Shown here: piece by piece, positions 28,852-38,738 of the stretch
Numbering within the stretch: the first letter of the stretch is position 1
Layout of the letters: the number at the start of each line of letters is the position of its first letter
IMG/VR virus record: IMGVR_UViG_3300020810_001160
Coordinates: 36,594-100,593 of that record
Reading direction: 5' to 3' (one strand)
DNA: 64,000 bases
Source: a virus
The notes under the pieces: generated by a model
What the model was told of the DNA's origin: nothing
The model's input: only the letters and a program-made list of their open reading frames with translations
The model's database searches: none
Program-made: the position numbers and the translations under genes

Positions 28852-30321
28852 ATGGCATATATTGTTAACAAATTTGATGGAACACTGATAGCAACCGTGG
28901 AAGACGGTACTATTGATAGTACAACAAACCTACGTTTTATAGGTAAAAATTACGCTGGATACGGTGAAATTCAAAACGAAAACTTCTTACATTTATTAGA
29001 AAACTTTGCTAGTGGCAGTCAGCCTTCAAGACCCATCAGTGGACAGATATGGTTTGATACATCCAACAGCAAATTAAAGTTTTATGATGGTACAAAATTT
29101 AGAACAACAGGTGGCGCTGAAGTAAGCGGAACTGCTCCGGCAGGTTTAACAACAGGGGACTTTTGGTGGGACAACGCAAACAATCAATTGTATGCTTGGG
29201 ACGGCACAAGTTTTATTCTTGTAGGTCCACAAGGTGTAGGTGCAACAGTTACTCAATTTGTTTCAAGACAGATTAAGGATACTTTAAATGCTAACCAAGT
29301 AATCATCGAAGGTAAAGTTAACAACACAACAGTGATGGTGTTCAGTTCAACAGCATTCACTATTGGTACATCAGATCCTAGCAACACAATCACAGGATTT
29401 GACGTTGTCAAAAAAGGTATCACACTAATAAACACACAGGCTTCGACCAACGGTGTAACATCAGATGATCATAGATTTTGGGGTACAGCATCAAACTCAG
29501 ATAGATTGGGCGGATATCTAGCATCAGATTTTATTAGAGCAGGCTCAAGTGCATTTTCAAGCATTGTTAGATTTGGAGATGTAGGATTCACAGTAGGTGA
29601 TTCGAACGATTTAAAAGTTTCAATCGAGAATGGTAGCGATGGTTCAATATCAAATGAAATCGGAAACAAAATTTCTTTAAAAGTAAATGACGGCGGCGCA
29701 ATAACTGAAATAGCGTATGTTGGTACAGATGGAATCATTCCAGGATTAGGTAATAAAAATTTAGGTATTACCACTGACAAATGGTATGAAGTACACGCAA
29801 ATTATTTCAAAGGTTTGGCAGATAATGCATCAGGTATATATTTTGGTAATCAAAGTTATTTAGGTGCAACCACAGCCGTTAACAACACAGTAGCATTAAG
29901 AGACGCCACTGGTAAAATTACAGCAAATACATTTGATGGTGTTGCAACAAGTTCACAATATGCTGACTTGGCAGAAGTTTATACAACAGATAAAACTTAT
30001 GAAGTTGGAACAGTGATGGCAATAGGCGGAGATGCTGAAACAACAGCATACTTTGATGGTGGGTCAGTGTTTGGAGTTATTTCAGAAAATCCAGGATTTT
30101 TAATGAACAAAGAGGCTGACGGACAAGCGATTGCTTTTGTAGGACGTGTACCAGTAAAAGTAAAAGGTCCTGTTGAAAAAGGAAATAGAGTTTGGGCGGC
30201 AGATTACGGTATAGGAACAACTACCAAAAAAGGTGAATTGATTGGTTTCGCTCTTGAAACAAATCTAGATGAATCCATAAAGTTAGTCGAGGTGGCACTA
30301 AGGTTAATAAATAAATTGTAG
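28852..30321 (+). CDS. Tail fibre paralog 3 with C-terminal autoproteolytic/chaperone (peptidase G2-like) domain
   Basis: Same N-terminal module; C-terminal QYADLAE..GVISENPGFLMN..GRVPVKVKG. Confidence 0.75.
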   Translation: MAYIVNKFDGTLIATVEDGTIDSTTNLRFIGKNYAGYGEIQNENFLHLLENFASGSQPSRPISGQIWFDTSNSKLKFYDGTKFRTTGGAEVSGTAPAGLTTGDFWWDNANNQLYAWDGTSFILVGPQGVGATVTQFVSRQIKDTLNANQVIIEGKVNNTTVMVFSSTAFTIGTSDPSNTITGFDVVKKGITLINTQASTNGVTSDDHRFWGTASNSDRLGGYLASDFIRAGSSAFSSIVRFGDVGFTVGDSNDLKVSIENGSDGSISNEIGNKISLKVNDGGAITEIAYVGTDGIIPGLGNKNLGITTDKWYEVHANYFKGLADNASGIYFGNQSYLGATTAVNNTVALRDATGKITANTFDGVATSSQYADLAEVYTTDKTYEVGTVMAIGGDAETTAYFDGGSVFGVISENPGFLMNKEADGQAIAFVGRVPVKVKGPVEKGNRVWAADYGIGTTTKKGELIGFALETNLDESIKLVEVALRLINKL

Positions 30322-30333
30322 GAATAGAATTCA

Positions 30334-31200
30334 ATGGCTTTAGTAACTGCAAATAGATTTAACACATTAAGACAACAGATAGACAACGTACTAGGAAATG
30401 GTTCAGGTGATTCTGGCTATGGACAAACACTTGTTACTCAATCTGTACAGGTGGGAGATTTGATTGATGCAACAAACATCAACAATGCTTACGAAGATTT
30501 AAGAAAAGCATACAAACATCAAACAGGAGGTAATCCTGCCAATTCAGTTATTCAAGCAGTAAATCAAGGTGATCTGATCAAAGAAAATGACGGTGTAAGT
30601 TACACAGGTTGGGATCAGTATGAAGCACTAGCCAGTTTAGTCAGCACAAACAGATTGACGGTTGACTCTGCTCAACAAGACATACAAGCAACTCTTCCAA
30701 ATAATAGAAGTTCTTGGAACAGCACAATCACAATGATTGTTAATGTTAATTTTACAGATGCTGATGCTAGACGTCATTATTTTAATGCTGGAGGATTTAT
30801 TAGAATATCCTCAAACACAACTGATACTAGTTCAAAAGGAAATTCATGGAATACAGTAATGGGTGGTAATCTTGATTTTGGTGCTCACAGTACAACGTCA
30901 ACAGGCGGTGGAACAGTGGCAAGTGCCGTAGGAAATTATGAGTTGGATGGCACTGTTCAAAGAATTTATTCAAACCTAGATGCTGGCGGAGGAGCATATT
31001 CTGCCAATGATTACTATGTAGATGTACAGCAAACTGCGGCAAACCAAATTCAATTCACAATGACTTGGCGAGATGAAGCAGGCGGAAATCCGGATGAAAA
31101 TGTTTCGAATTTGAATTGCGATATCTATACTGCTACTGCTATCACAGACGTAATTGGTACAACACCCGGTGTAGTGCGTGGTTCTGGTGATAATTTCTAA
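30334..31200 (+). CDS. Putative virion structural/tail protein
   Basis: Gly/Ser/Thr/Asn-rich 288 aa protein ending the tail operon; GYGQ and ARRHYFNAGG motifs. Confidence 0.55.
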   Translation: MALVTANRFNTLRQQIDNVLGNGSGDSGYGQTLVTQSVQVGDLIDATNINNAYEDLRKAYKHQTGGNPANSVIQAVNQGDLIKENDGVSYTGWDQYEALASLVSTNRLTVDSAQQDIQATLPNNRSSWNSTITMIVNVNFTDADARRHYFNAGGFIRISSNTTDTSSKGNSWNTVMGGNLDFGAHSTTSTGGGTVASAVGNYELDGTVQRIYSNLDAGGGAYSANDYYVDVQQTAANQIQFTMTWRDEAGGNPDENVSNLNCDIYTATAITDVIGTTPGVVRGSGDNF

Positions 31201-31208
31201 TCAAAAAT

Positions 31209-31237
31209 TTGACTTCTACTCAAAAATCAGTTATAAT
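31209..31237 (+). promoter_or_regulatory. sigma70-like promoter TTGACT-N17-TATAAT
   Basis: Near-consensus -35 (31209-31214) and perfect -10 (31232-31237) with 17 nt spacing, in the only gap before the enzyme island. Confidence 0.8.
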
Positions 31238-31249
31238 ATCTAATATATT

Positions 31250-31585
31250 ATGAATAATTCCTTAACCGAATCGCTCGAATTCGCAAATCGAATGAAACAG
31301 TACAATAACCAATTACGGTTGTTAAAAGAAAAATGTCTTGAGAACAATGTCTATTACACTCAAGGACATCAGTTCACAATCGATCTTGCCTTAATAAACT
31401 ATTGTTTAACATTCATTAATGTGAAAAAAACAAACGAAGCAATATTTTTAGATGATTATAATCTGCCTGTCAAAATTACAGATGTTCAAAATTTTTATGA
31501 CAACATTATTGATCAATATCAAAATAATCTCAACTCGTATTTTGTCGAATACAATCAATTGGTGAAAGACAAAGGTGAAATATAA
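31250..31585 (+). CDS. Hypothetical protein
   Basis: 111 aa ORF directly after the promoter. Confidence 0.65.
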   Translation: MNNSLTESLEFANRMKQYNNQLRLLKEKCLENNVYYTQGHQFTIDLALINYCLTFINVKKTNEAIFLDDYNLPVKITDVQNFYDNIIDQYQNNLNSYFVEYNQLVKDKGEI

Positions 31586-31587
31586 CA

Positions 31588-32397
31588 ATGTCAAAAGGTG
31601 TACTACTGTTTGCTCACAACAACAGCACTGTGGACTATGTTAAGCAGGCTGACTTTTGTGCTAAACAGATTCAAAAACATTTAAAACTACCAGTGTGTCT
31701 GATCACTTCCAATGAAGTGTGTGAACAAAATAATTTTAATCATGTTATTTTTGTAAAGTCTCCAGATCAAATACAAAAACGTTCATACTATGATGGCAAC
31801 GAGCATCACAAAGACTTCTGGAATAACCAGTCGAGACCAGATGCTTATAAGTTAACCCCATATGAAGAAACTATTGTGATGGATACTGATTATATTGTAT
31901 CCAACGACAGTTTGAACAAAGTGTTTGACAGTAAAGAAGATTTTTTAATTAATTACAAAGCACAACACGTAGATTTTAATTCTAAATACACAGACGAGAT
32001 GAAATACGTGAGTGACACAGGTATTGAAATGTGCTGGGCAACAGTTTTTTATTTTAAAAAAACTGAAAGAACACGAATACTATTTGAATTAATAGATCAC
32101 ATAAGGAACGAATGGGAATTTTATAGATTCAAATATCAAATCACAAACACAAATTATAGAAACGATTTTGCTTTTGCGATTGCTTTACACATGATGAATG
32201 GTTTTGCCGAATCCCAATGGCCCAAACAACTGCCTTGTAAGTTATTTTATGTTACTGATAAAGATGTTGTAGAATCATACAGTAATAATCAATGGCATTT
32301 CACATTGCAAAGCGGTTTAAAATGTAAATTACAAGATATGAATATTCATATCATGAATAAAATAGGTTTAAACAAAATAATAGAAGCACATGAATAA
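31588..32397 (+). CDS. GT-A fold nucleotide-diphospho-sugar transferase (GT8-like)
   Basis: KGVLLFA start, TPYEETIVMDTD (DxD), RNDFAF. Confidence 0.7.
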   Translation: MSKGVLLFAHNNSTVDYVKQADFCAKQIQKHLKLPVCLITSNEVCEQNNFNHVIFVKSPDQIQKRSYYDGNEHHKDFWNNQSRPDAYKLTPYEETIVMDTDYIVSNDSLNKVFDSKEDFLINYKAQHVDFNSKYTDEMKYVSDTGIEMCWATVFYFKKTERTRILFELIDHIRNEWEFYRFKYQITNTNYRNDFAFAIALHMMNGFAESQWPKQLPCKLFYVTDKDVVESYSNNQWHFTLQSGLKCKLQDMNIHIMNKIGLNKIIEAHE

Positions 32398-33211
32398 AGG
32401 AATTGTATTATTTGTCCAACAAAACAGTAAGACTGATTATTTAAAACAGGCTGTGGCGTGTGCTTTGAGTATTAAAAAATTTAATCCAACAGAAAAAGTT
32501 TGTTTGATTACAGATATAGAAGTACCTAGCAAATATCAATCTGTGTTTGATGTTATAAAAGATATTCCAGGAGAGGATTTCGCTAAAGCAAGTGATTGGA
32601 AAGTGGAAAATAGATGTAAAATTTATGATATTGCTCCATTTCAAAAAAATATTGTGCTTGATGTTGATATGTTGGTGTTAGAAAATATAGAACATTGGTG
32701 GACAGCATTAGAAAACTATGAATTATATTACACAAACAAAGTTAGAACATATAGAAATGAATGGGTAACCAGCAATTATTATAGAAAAGTTTTTGAAGAG
32801 AATCAGTTGCCAAACGTATATTGTGGTTTTCATTACTTTATCAAGAATGAAAACAATAAAAAGTTTTATGATACTCTTAAAGAAGTTGTCACAAACTACA
32901 AACAGTTTGCTAATAAATTTACAATACATCACACACAAAAATGGTGCAGTATGGATGTGGCAACTGCTATTGTAGTGAAAATGTTAAACAAGGAACACCA
33001 AGTATTTTCAAATCACAAATTTTTAACATTTACACATATGAAGCCTAAATGTTTAAATTGGAAAAGTTCTGTAAATCATTGGAACGAACAATTAGATTAT
33101 ATGATGAATAAAAATTGTGAACTATTTGTAGGTAATATTAAACAACAAGGAATTTTTCATTATGTTGAAGACAGTTTTTTAACAGAAGAAATTATGGAGT
33201 GTTTAAAATGA
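32390..33211 (+). CDS. GT-A fold glycosyltransferase (GT8-like), paralog of the previous gene
   Basis: KGIVLF start, APFQKNIVLDVD (DxD), HMKP, FHYVE. Confidence 0.7.
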   Translation: MNKGIVLFVQQNSKTDYLKQAVACALSIKKFNPTEKVCLITDIEVPSKYQSVFDVIKDIPGEDFAKASDWKVENRCKIYDIAPFQKNIVLDVDMLVLENIEHWWTALENYELYYTNKVRTYRNEWVTSNYYRKVFEENQLPNVYCGFHYFIKNENNKKFYDTLKEVVTNYKQFANKFTIHHTQKWCSMDVATAIVVKMLNKEHQVFSNHKFLTFTHMKPKCLNWKSSVNHWNEQLDYMMNKNCELFVGNIKQQGIFHYVEDSFLTEEIMECLK

Positions 33212-33804
33212 ACATCAGACCACCTTTAACATTTGATGTAATTAAACCTGATGTAACACATTACATACATTTTAACCCTGAAACGGGTATACCGACTGGG
33301 TGTAGTGTTGAACAAAAAGGACACAGTGTTAAAATATCTGAAGAACTTGCCATACAAATTAAAAAAGGATACAAAAATTTATTAGATTATAGAGTGAAAT
33401 TAGTAAACAACGAGTTTGTAGTTGAAACAAAAAATGCTTTACAAAATGTTACTCATAATCAAACGCACAGTAATTTGATAGAAAATAGAACAGTATATGA
33501 AATTAAAAAGAATAATAAAGATTCTTGTATAAGATTTGTATTAGATCTCAAACAAAAAGTTTGGAATGTAAGCATAGATACAGAACTAAAAAACAGTCTA
33601 AAAAATACGTTAAAGTCTCTAGATACTGTATATAAATTTTTTACAACATCAACAGACAATTCAGCATTGTTAGACTATGAATTTCTAATAGATATCAAAG
33701 AATTAATGTCTAAAGAAACATTAACTATGCCACATCAATCAGACAGTATACCAAGATTGTTTTGTAGAAAAGTTTACAACTATTCATATGAGGTACACCA
33801 ATGA
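33208..33804 (+). CDS. Hypothetical protein
   Basis: ORF coupled by an ATGA overlap (alternative GTG start at 33199). Confidence 0.6.
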   Translation: MNIRPPLTFDVIKPDVTHYIHFNPETGIPTGCSVEQKGHSVKISEELAIQIKKGYKNLLDYRVKLVNNEFVVETKNALQNVTHNQTHSNLIENRTVYEIKKNNKDSCIRFVLDLKQKVWNVSIDTELKNSLKNTLKSLDTVYKFFTTSTDNSALLDYEFLIDIKELMSKETLTMPHQSDSIPRLFCRKVYNYSYEVHQ

Positions 33805-34700
33805 TATTAAAAACATCAGATATGGATTTTATATTTTTAAGTTTAGATGAACCTAATGCAGATAAAAACTTTGCTGATCTAAAACGCAAAGTTCCATGGG
33901 CAAAACGTGTACACGGAGTAAAAGGATTTGATACTGCTCATAAACGTGCGGCTGAAATATCTGAATCAGAAAGATTTATAACTGTCGATGCTGATACGCA
34001 GATAGATGAAGAGTTTTTAAATGTGTTAGTAGACCTTAATTCGTTGGGAGTTGATGACACTTATCAATTTAGTTGGTGTGGTAGAATTGATCTTAATGGT
34101 TTAAAGTATGGAAATGGCAGTTTAAAATGCTGGACAAAATCATTTGTAAAAGATATGAAAACACACGAAAACCATGACGGTAAAAATAAAAACGTGATTG
34201 AATTTTGTCATTTTCCTAATTACTATCAATTTAATGAAAACTATTCTATCAGTTATATTGACGGATCACCTTATCAGGCTTGGAGAGCAGGATTCCGTGA
34301 AGGTGTTAAAATGAGTTTAGACAAAAATGTAAGACTGCCATTAAAACAGTTATGGTGGCAAAATTACCAAAGACTATTAGTTTGGATGTCAGTGGGCATG
34401 GATAATCCATTAGGAGTATATGCTATTCACGGAGCGAGAACAGGCTGTTATCTAACAACTTGTACAGATTGGGATTTTACTCAAGCAAATGAATATAGAT
34501 ATTTTGAAAAATATTGGAGATTTGAACTGCATGATGATAAAACCACAGATTTTTATAAAGATAGTATTGAACTAGGTAGGAAAATTACTGCCGAGCATGA
34601 AATTGAATTGTCTATTGAACCATTGAGTGCTGAACAAAGTAAATTTTTTAAACAAGTATATCTTAATACACCAAGAATATGGAAAAGGAGAACGCTGTAA
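33801..34700 (+). CDS. GT2-like glycosyltransferase
   Basis: FIFLSLDEPNA, RVHGVKG, ITVDAD (DxD), YGNG, AWRAGFREGVK. Confidence 0.7.
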   Translation: MILKTSDMDFIFLSLDEPNADKNFADLKRKVPWAKRVHGVKGFDTAHKRAAEISESERFITVDADTQIDEEFLNVLVDLNSLGVDDTYQFSWCGRIDLNGLKYGNGSLKCWTKSFVKDMKTHENHDGKNKNVIEFCHFPNYYQFNENYSISYIDGSPYQAWRAGFREGVKMSLDKNVRLPLKQLWWQNYQRLLVWMSVGMDNPLGVYAIHGARTGCYLTTCTDWDFTQANEYRYFEKYWRFELHDDKTTDFYKDSIELGRKITAEHEIELSIEPLSAEQSKFFKQVYLNTPRIWKRRTL

Positions 34701-35398
34701 TGTATGATATTGTGTTCATAAGTTATAATGAGCCATTGGCTGATCACAATTACAAAACATTGTGCGAACGTTTTCCTATTGCCCAAAGAGTTAATAACGT
34801 TAAAGGAATTCATCAAGCACATATAGAAGCCGCCAAGTTAGCATTAACAAAAATGTTTTGGGTGGTGGATGGAGATGCTGTGATAGAAAAAGATTTTATG
34901 TTTAATTATGCAGTGCCAGAAAAAGATTTAACAGCAGTTCATGTGTGGCGCAGTCGCAATCCAATCAACGATTTACAGTATGGATATGGTGGTGTTAAAT
35001 TATTACCAAGACGTATGACACTAGAAATGAACACAGATACCACAGACATGACAACCAGCATATCAAATAGATTTAGAGCAATGGAACAAGTTTCAAACAT
35101 CACAGCATTCAATTCAGATCCTTTTAGTGCTTGGAAATCAGCATTCAGAGAATGTGTTAAGTTGAGCAGTCGAGTGATTGATAGACAAGAAGATCAAGAA
35201 ACAGAAAAAAGATTGGATGCTTGGTGTACTCTTGGAGCAAATAGACCATACGGAGATTTTGCTATGGACGGTGCTCAGCAAGGTAAAAAATATGGTGAAC
35301 AGAACAAAAACAATCCTGCACAATTAAAGTTGATCAACGACTTCGATTGGTTGCAGAAATATTTCAAGGAGACGTGCAGTGTCAGTGAATATTACTAA
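34700..35398 (+). CDS. GT2-like glycosyltransferase, paralog of the previous gene
   Basis: IVFISYNEP, RVNNVKG, WVVDGD, YGYGGVK, AWKSAFRECVK; start set at the TAATG overlap with an AAGGAG RBS. Confidence 0.7.
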   Translation: MYDIVFISYNEPLADHNYKTLCERFPIAQRVNNVKGIHQAHIEAAKLALTKMFWVVDGDAVIEKDFMFNYAVPEKDLTAVHVWRSRNPINDLQYGYGGVKLLPRRMTLEMNTDTTDMTTSISNRFRAMEQVSNITAFNSDPFSAWKSAFRECVKLSSRVIDRQEDQETEKRLDAWCTLGANRPYGDFAMDGAQQGKKYGEQNKNNPAQLKLINDFDWLQKYFKETCSVSEYY

Positions 35399-36464
35399 TA
35401 TACCTTTTGATAACATTGTGCGTTTTGGACAACAAACTATGCTTGATAGAAAATTGTTCAATGTGAGTTGGATATTGGGCAGATTCTGTAATTATAATTG
35501 TTCGTATTGTTGGCCATATGCTCACAGTAAAAATGTTGATCACAGACCATTACAGGTTTACAAAAATACTATTGATGAAATAAAATCCCAAGCAAGAGCA
35601 AACGGGTTTGATAGTTTTCATTTCAGTTTTTCAGGAGGAGAGCCCACAGCATACAAAAGATTTTTATCTGTTATTGAGCATTATGCCAACGACTCTATTG
35701 CAACATATCAAAGTTTACACATGACTACAAATGCTTCACCAGGATTCAAATGGTGGAACATTTGGCTCAAAGCCACAGAACGTCTTGCACGTAGAAGCAT
35801 CACAGCCAGTTTCCATCATGAGTTTGCTGACGAAGATGTATTTGGAGACAAATTACTAATGTTACAGGACTCAGCAGTATACGTCACAATTAATCAAGTG
35901 ATGGTACCACACTTATTTGATGAACTGTATGAACGATGTGATAGGTTGCATAAACGTGGTATAAACGTAACTTTAAAACCACAAAGCAATGAATCAGCCA
36001 GTGAAATAGTAGATGGATACAATGATGAACAAATCAAATTGATGAGAACAGGATTTCCTTTGAAATATAATGGAGTTTCGGCACAACAAATTCAGTTGAC
36101 TGACCACAAAGGTACAAGTTATAATATAGATCAAGCAGAACGTTTTAATGCTTTTGGATTCAATAAGTTTAAAGGCTGGAATTGTCATGCTGGATATCAA
36201 AGTTGTATCATAAGAGAACCAGGTGGAGAAATAAAAAGAGCATACAGTTGTCATGATGAACCGTTAGGAACTATAGACAAAGGTTTTAAATTGTTTTCTA
36301 AACCGAATGCTTGTATCACGCCATCTTGTGTTAGTTCTGCAGACAGTAAAATTCCTAAGTTTAGAAAAATGGACTTTTTAGAAAATGCTTTACAAGAACA
36401 AGAAATGTTGGAAATTAGTAGGCAACAATCTGTAAGAAATAAAAAGGAAAGAGCAAATGTATAA
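35379..36464 (+). CDS. Radical SAM enzyme with C-terminal Cys-rich (SPASM/twitch-like) domain, type B
   Basis: CNYNCSYC, SGGEP, TTN, GWNCHAG..SC..C..SC. Confidence 0.85.
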   Translation: MSVNITNIPFDNIVRFGQQTMLDRKLFNVSWILGRFCNYNCSYCWPYAHSKNVDHRPLQVYKNTIDEIKSQARANGFDSFHFSFSGGEPTAYKRFLSVIEHYANDSIATYQSLHMTTNASPGFKWWNIWLKATERLARRSITASFHHEFADEDVFGDKLLMLQDSAVYVTINQVMVPHLFDELYERCDRLHKRGINVTLKPQSNESASEIVDGYNDEQIKLMRTGFPLKYNGVSAQQIQLTDHKGTSYNIDQAERFNAFGFNKFKGWNCHAGYQSCIIREPGGEIKRAYSCHDEPLGTIDKGFKLFSKPNACITPSCVSSADSKIPKFRKMDFLENALQEQEMLEISRQQSVRNKKERANV

Positions 36465-37443
36465 GTTAACAGACATAAGAGATGTACACTTGGAAATAAC
36501 CAGCAAGTGTCAAGCCAAGTGTCCTATGTGTCCTCGTAGAATACAAGGTGGACCGTTAAATCCTTTTATACATTTGGATGAAATCACATTGGATAGATTC
36601 AAACAATGGTTTCCTGATAATTTTATACAGCAATTGGACAGTATGTTTATGTGTGGTAACTTGGGAGATCCTATTGTGAGCAAAGACACACTGGAAATAT
36701 ATCAACACCTAAGAACTGTAAACCCTAAAATAAGATTGGCGATGCACACCAACGGCAGTGCTAGAGACACAGACTGGTGGACTAAACTAGCAAAATTACA
36801 GGTAAAAGTAACTTTTGGTATAGACGGACTTGCAGACACTAATCATTTATATCGTGTATCCACAGACTTTGAAAAAATTATCGATAATGCCAAAGCATTT
36901 ATACAAGCAGGCGGGTTTGCCAAATGGCATATGTTGGTTTTCAAACACAATGAACATCAGGTGGAAACAGCAGAACAGATGTCAAAAGATTTAGGATTTA
37001 AAATGTTCACCACAAAACACACTTCAAGATTTAAAGGAGATTACCTACAAGTGATAGATGAGCAAGGTCGTCCCACACACAGATTGGAACCCACGCAAAA
37101 AAGTCGAGATATGATTCCATTGGTAGAACAATCACAGCAAGAAACAACACCTACCATTGTGTGCAAAGCAGTTAAGAACAAACAGATTTATGTGAGTGCT
37201 TGTGGTAATGTGTCACCTTGTTGTTGGTTGGATATGGAGTGGATACCACCCATGCAGGAGAGCAGAATAGACTATATGACTAGAATTGGCGAGTTTCCGA
37301 ATTTAAATACAAGTAGTCTAAAAGAGATATTTGAAAACGGTTATTTTGACAAGATTGAACAAACATGGAGTCACTCACCGCTACAAGAATGTGGCAAACA
37401 GTGTGGATCATTTGACAAACTAGGAGCTCAATTTGAGAATTAA
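36457..37443 (+). CDS. Radical SAM enzyme with SPASM-like domain
   Basis: CQAKCPMC, GNLGDP, HTNG, IDG, C..IYV..GNVSPCC..C...C. Confidence 0.85.
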   Translation: MYKLTDIRDVHLEITSKCQAKCPMCPRRIQGGPLNPFIHLDEITLDRFKQWFPDNFIQQLDSMFMCGNLGDPIVSKDTLEIYQHLRTVNPKIRLAMHTNGSARDTDWWTKLAKLQVKVTFGIDGLADTNHLYRVSTDFEKIIDNAKAFIQAGGFAKWHMLVFKHNEHQVETAEQMSKDLGFKMFTTKHTSRFKGDYLQVIDEQGRPTHRLEPTQKSRDMIPLVEQSQQETTPTIVCKAVKNKQIYVSACGNVSPCCWLDMEWIPPMQESRIDYMTRIGEFPNLNTSSLKEIFENGYFDKIEQTWSHSPLQECGKQCGSFDKLGAQFEN

Positions 37444-38047
37444 TATAAGAGATGTACTGTATTGGATGGATGCCATCAGACAATCTGATGACAGATATCG
37501 TACATTAGAAAGTTTCTGGAAAGGGCAGATCAACAGCAAAGTATGGCTGATTGACAACTTAAAGAATTATTTTCAAAGAGTACCGTACGAGATATTGATA
37601 TGTGGGGGTTGGAATGGAGTAATGTCAACATTATTGTTTAATAGTGAATTGGATATAGCAAGAGTAACATCAATGGATAAAGATCCTACTTGTGAGTCCA
37701 TAGCAAATACAATGAACAAAGAGTATGAAATACGCAGTCAATTTAAAGCAATCACTATGGATATGTTAGAGTATAGAAACTATCACAAACACAATTTGAT
37801 CATCAACACTGCTTGTGAGCATATGTCAAAAGAAGAATATGCCGAATGGATTTCATTACTGCCAAACAACACAAAAATTATAATACAGAGCAATAACTAT
37901 TTTGATCACAAAGAACACGTGAATTGTAAAGCAAGTTTAGAAGAATTTGAAAAAGATTGCGGATTAACTGTAAAATTTTCTGCTGAATTACCAACAGAAA
38001 AATACAAACGATTTATGATAATAGGAGCAAAAAATGATAATGACTAA
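37433..38047 (+). CDS. Class I SAM-dependent methyltransferase-like protein
   Basis: ILICGGWNG glycine loop, acidic SMDKD, INTACEH; TTG start overlapping the upstream gene. Confidence 0.65.
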   Translation: MRINIRDVLYWMDAIRQSDDRYRTLESFWKGQINSKVWLIDNLKNYFQRVPYEILICGGWNGVMSTLLFNSELDIARVTSMDKDPTCESIANTMNKEYEIRSQFKAITMDMLEYRNYHKHNLIINTACEHMSKEEYAEWISLLPNNTKIIIQSNNYFDHKEHVNCKASLEEFEKDCGLTVKFSAELPTEKYKRFMIIGAKNDND

Positions 38048-38738
38048 CAAAGACATTGAAGAATATCATAATATCGGATTAGACACAGCAACAAAAGTTT
38101 TTAACAGATTTAAAGATGGCACATTGCCTTGGCTTGAACTAGACTTAGATTTTGGTGCGTACACAAATCATACAGAGTTTGCAAAAATTGAACCTTACTA
38201 TGTGCCGCACAGAGAAGATGAAACGCACAAAGGATGGGAAAGTTGTTGTCTTCATGGATTAGACATAGACAAAACCAGAGTGGCAAAGGAATACGGCTAT
38301 GATGATGAATTAAATGCTCCATACAAATGGACAGAACTTTCGGAGTTGACTCCAAATGCTAAACAGTTTTGGGACAAGTTTCCAGCAGAAAAATACAGCA
38401 GAATAAGATTTATGAAATTAAATCCAGGAGGAAAAATAGATTGGCACAATGACGATCCTGGAACACCGTTGCCAGAAGATTTATGCGAACATCTTATTCC
38501 CATTAATGTAGCAGTGATTAATCCAGGAATGTGTTATATGGAAATAGAAGATCATGGCATAGTACCTTGGAAACACGGCAAAGTATTTTTGATTAATATT
38601 TTAAAAAATCATACAGTGGTTAACAATGCTAATGTGGAAAGAATACACATGATTGCTCAAGCACATATAGGCAATCATAGAAAACAATTTAATGAGTTAC
38701 TTGAAAGGAGTTTAGAGAAAAATGGCATTTCAATTTGA
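38034..38738 (+). CDS. 2OG-Fe(II) oxygenase, Asp/Asn beta-hydroxylase-like
   Basis: RIRFMKLNPGGKIDWHND (HxD) ... HTVVN...RIHMI. Confidence 0.8.
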   Translation: MIMTNKDIEEYHNIGLDTATKVFNRFKDGTLPWLELDLDFGAYTNHTEFAKIEPYYVPHREDETHKGWESCCLHGLDIDKTRVAKEYGYDDELNAPYKWTELSELTPNAKQFWDKFPAEKYSRIRFMKLNPGGKIDWHNDDPGTPLPEDLCEHLIPINVAVINPGMCYMEIEDHGIVPWKHGKVFLINILKNHTVVNNANVERIHMIAQAHIGNHRKQFNELLERSLEKNGISI

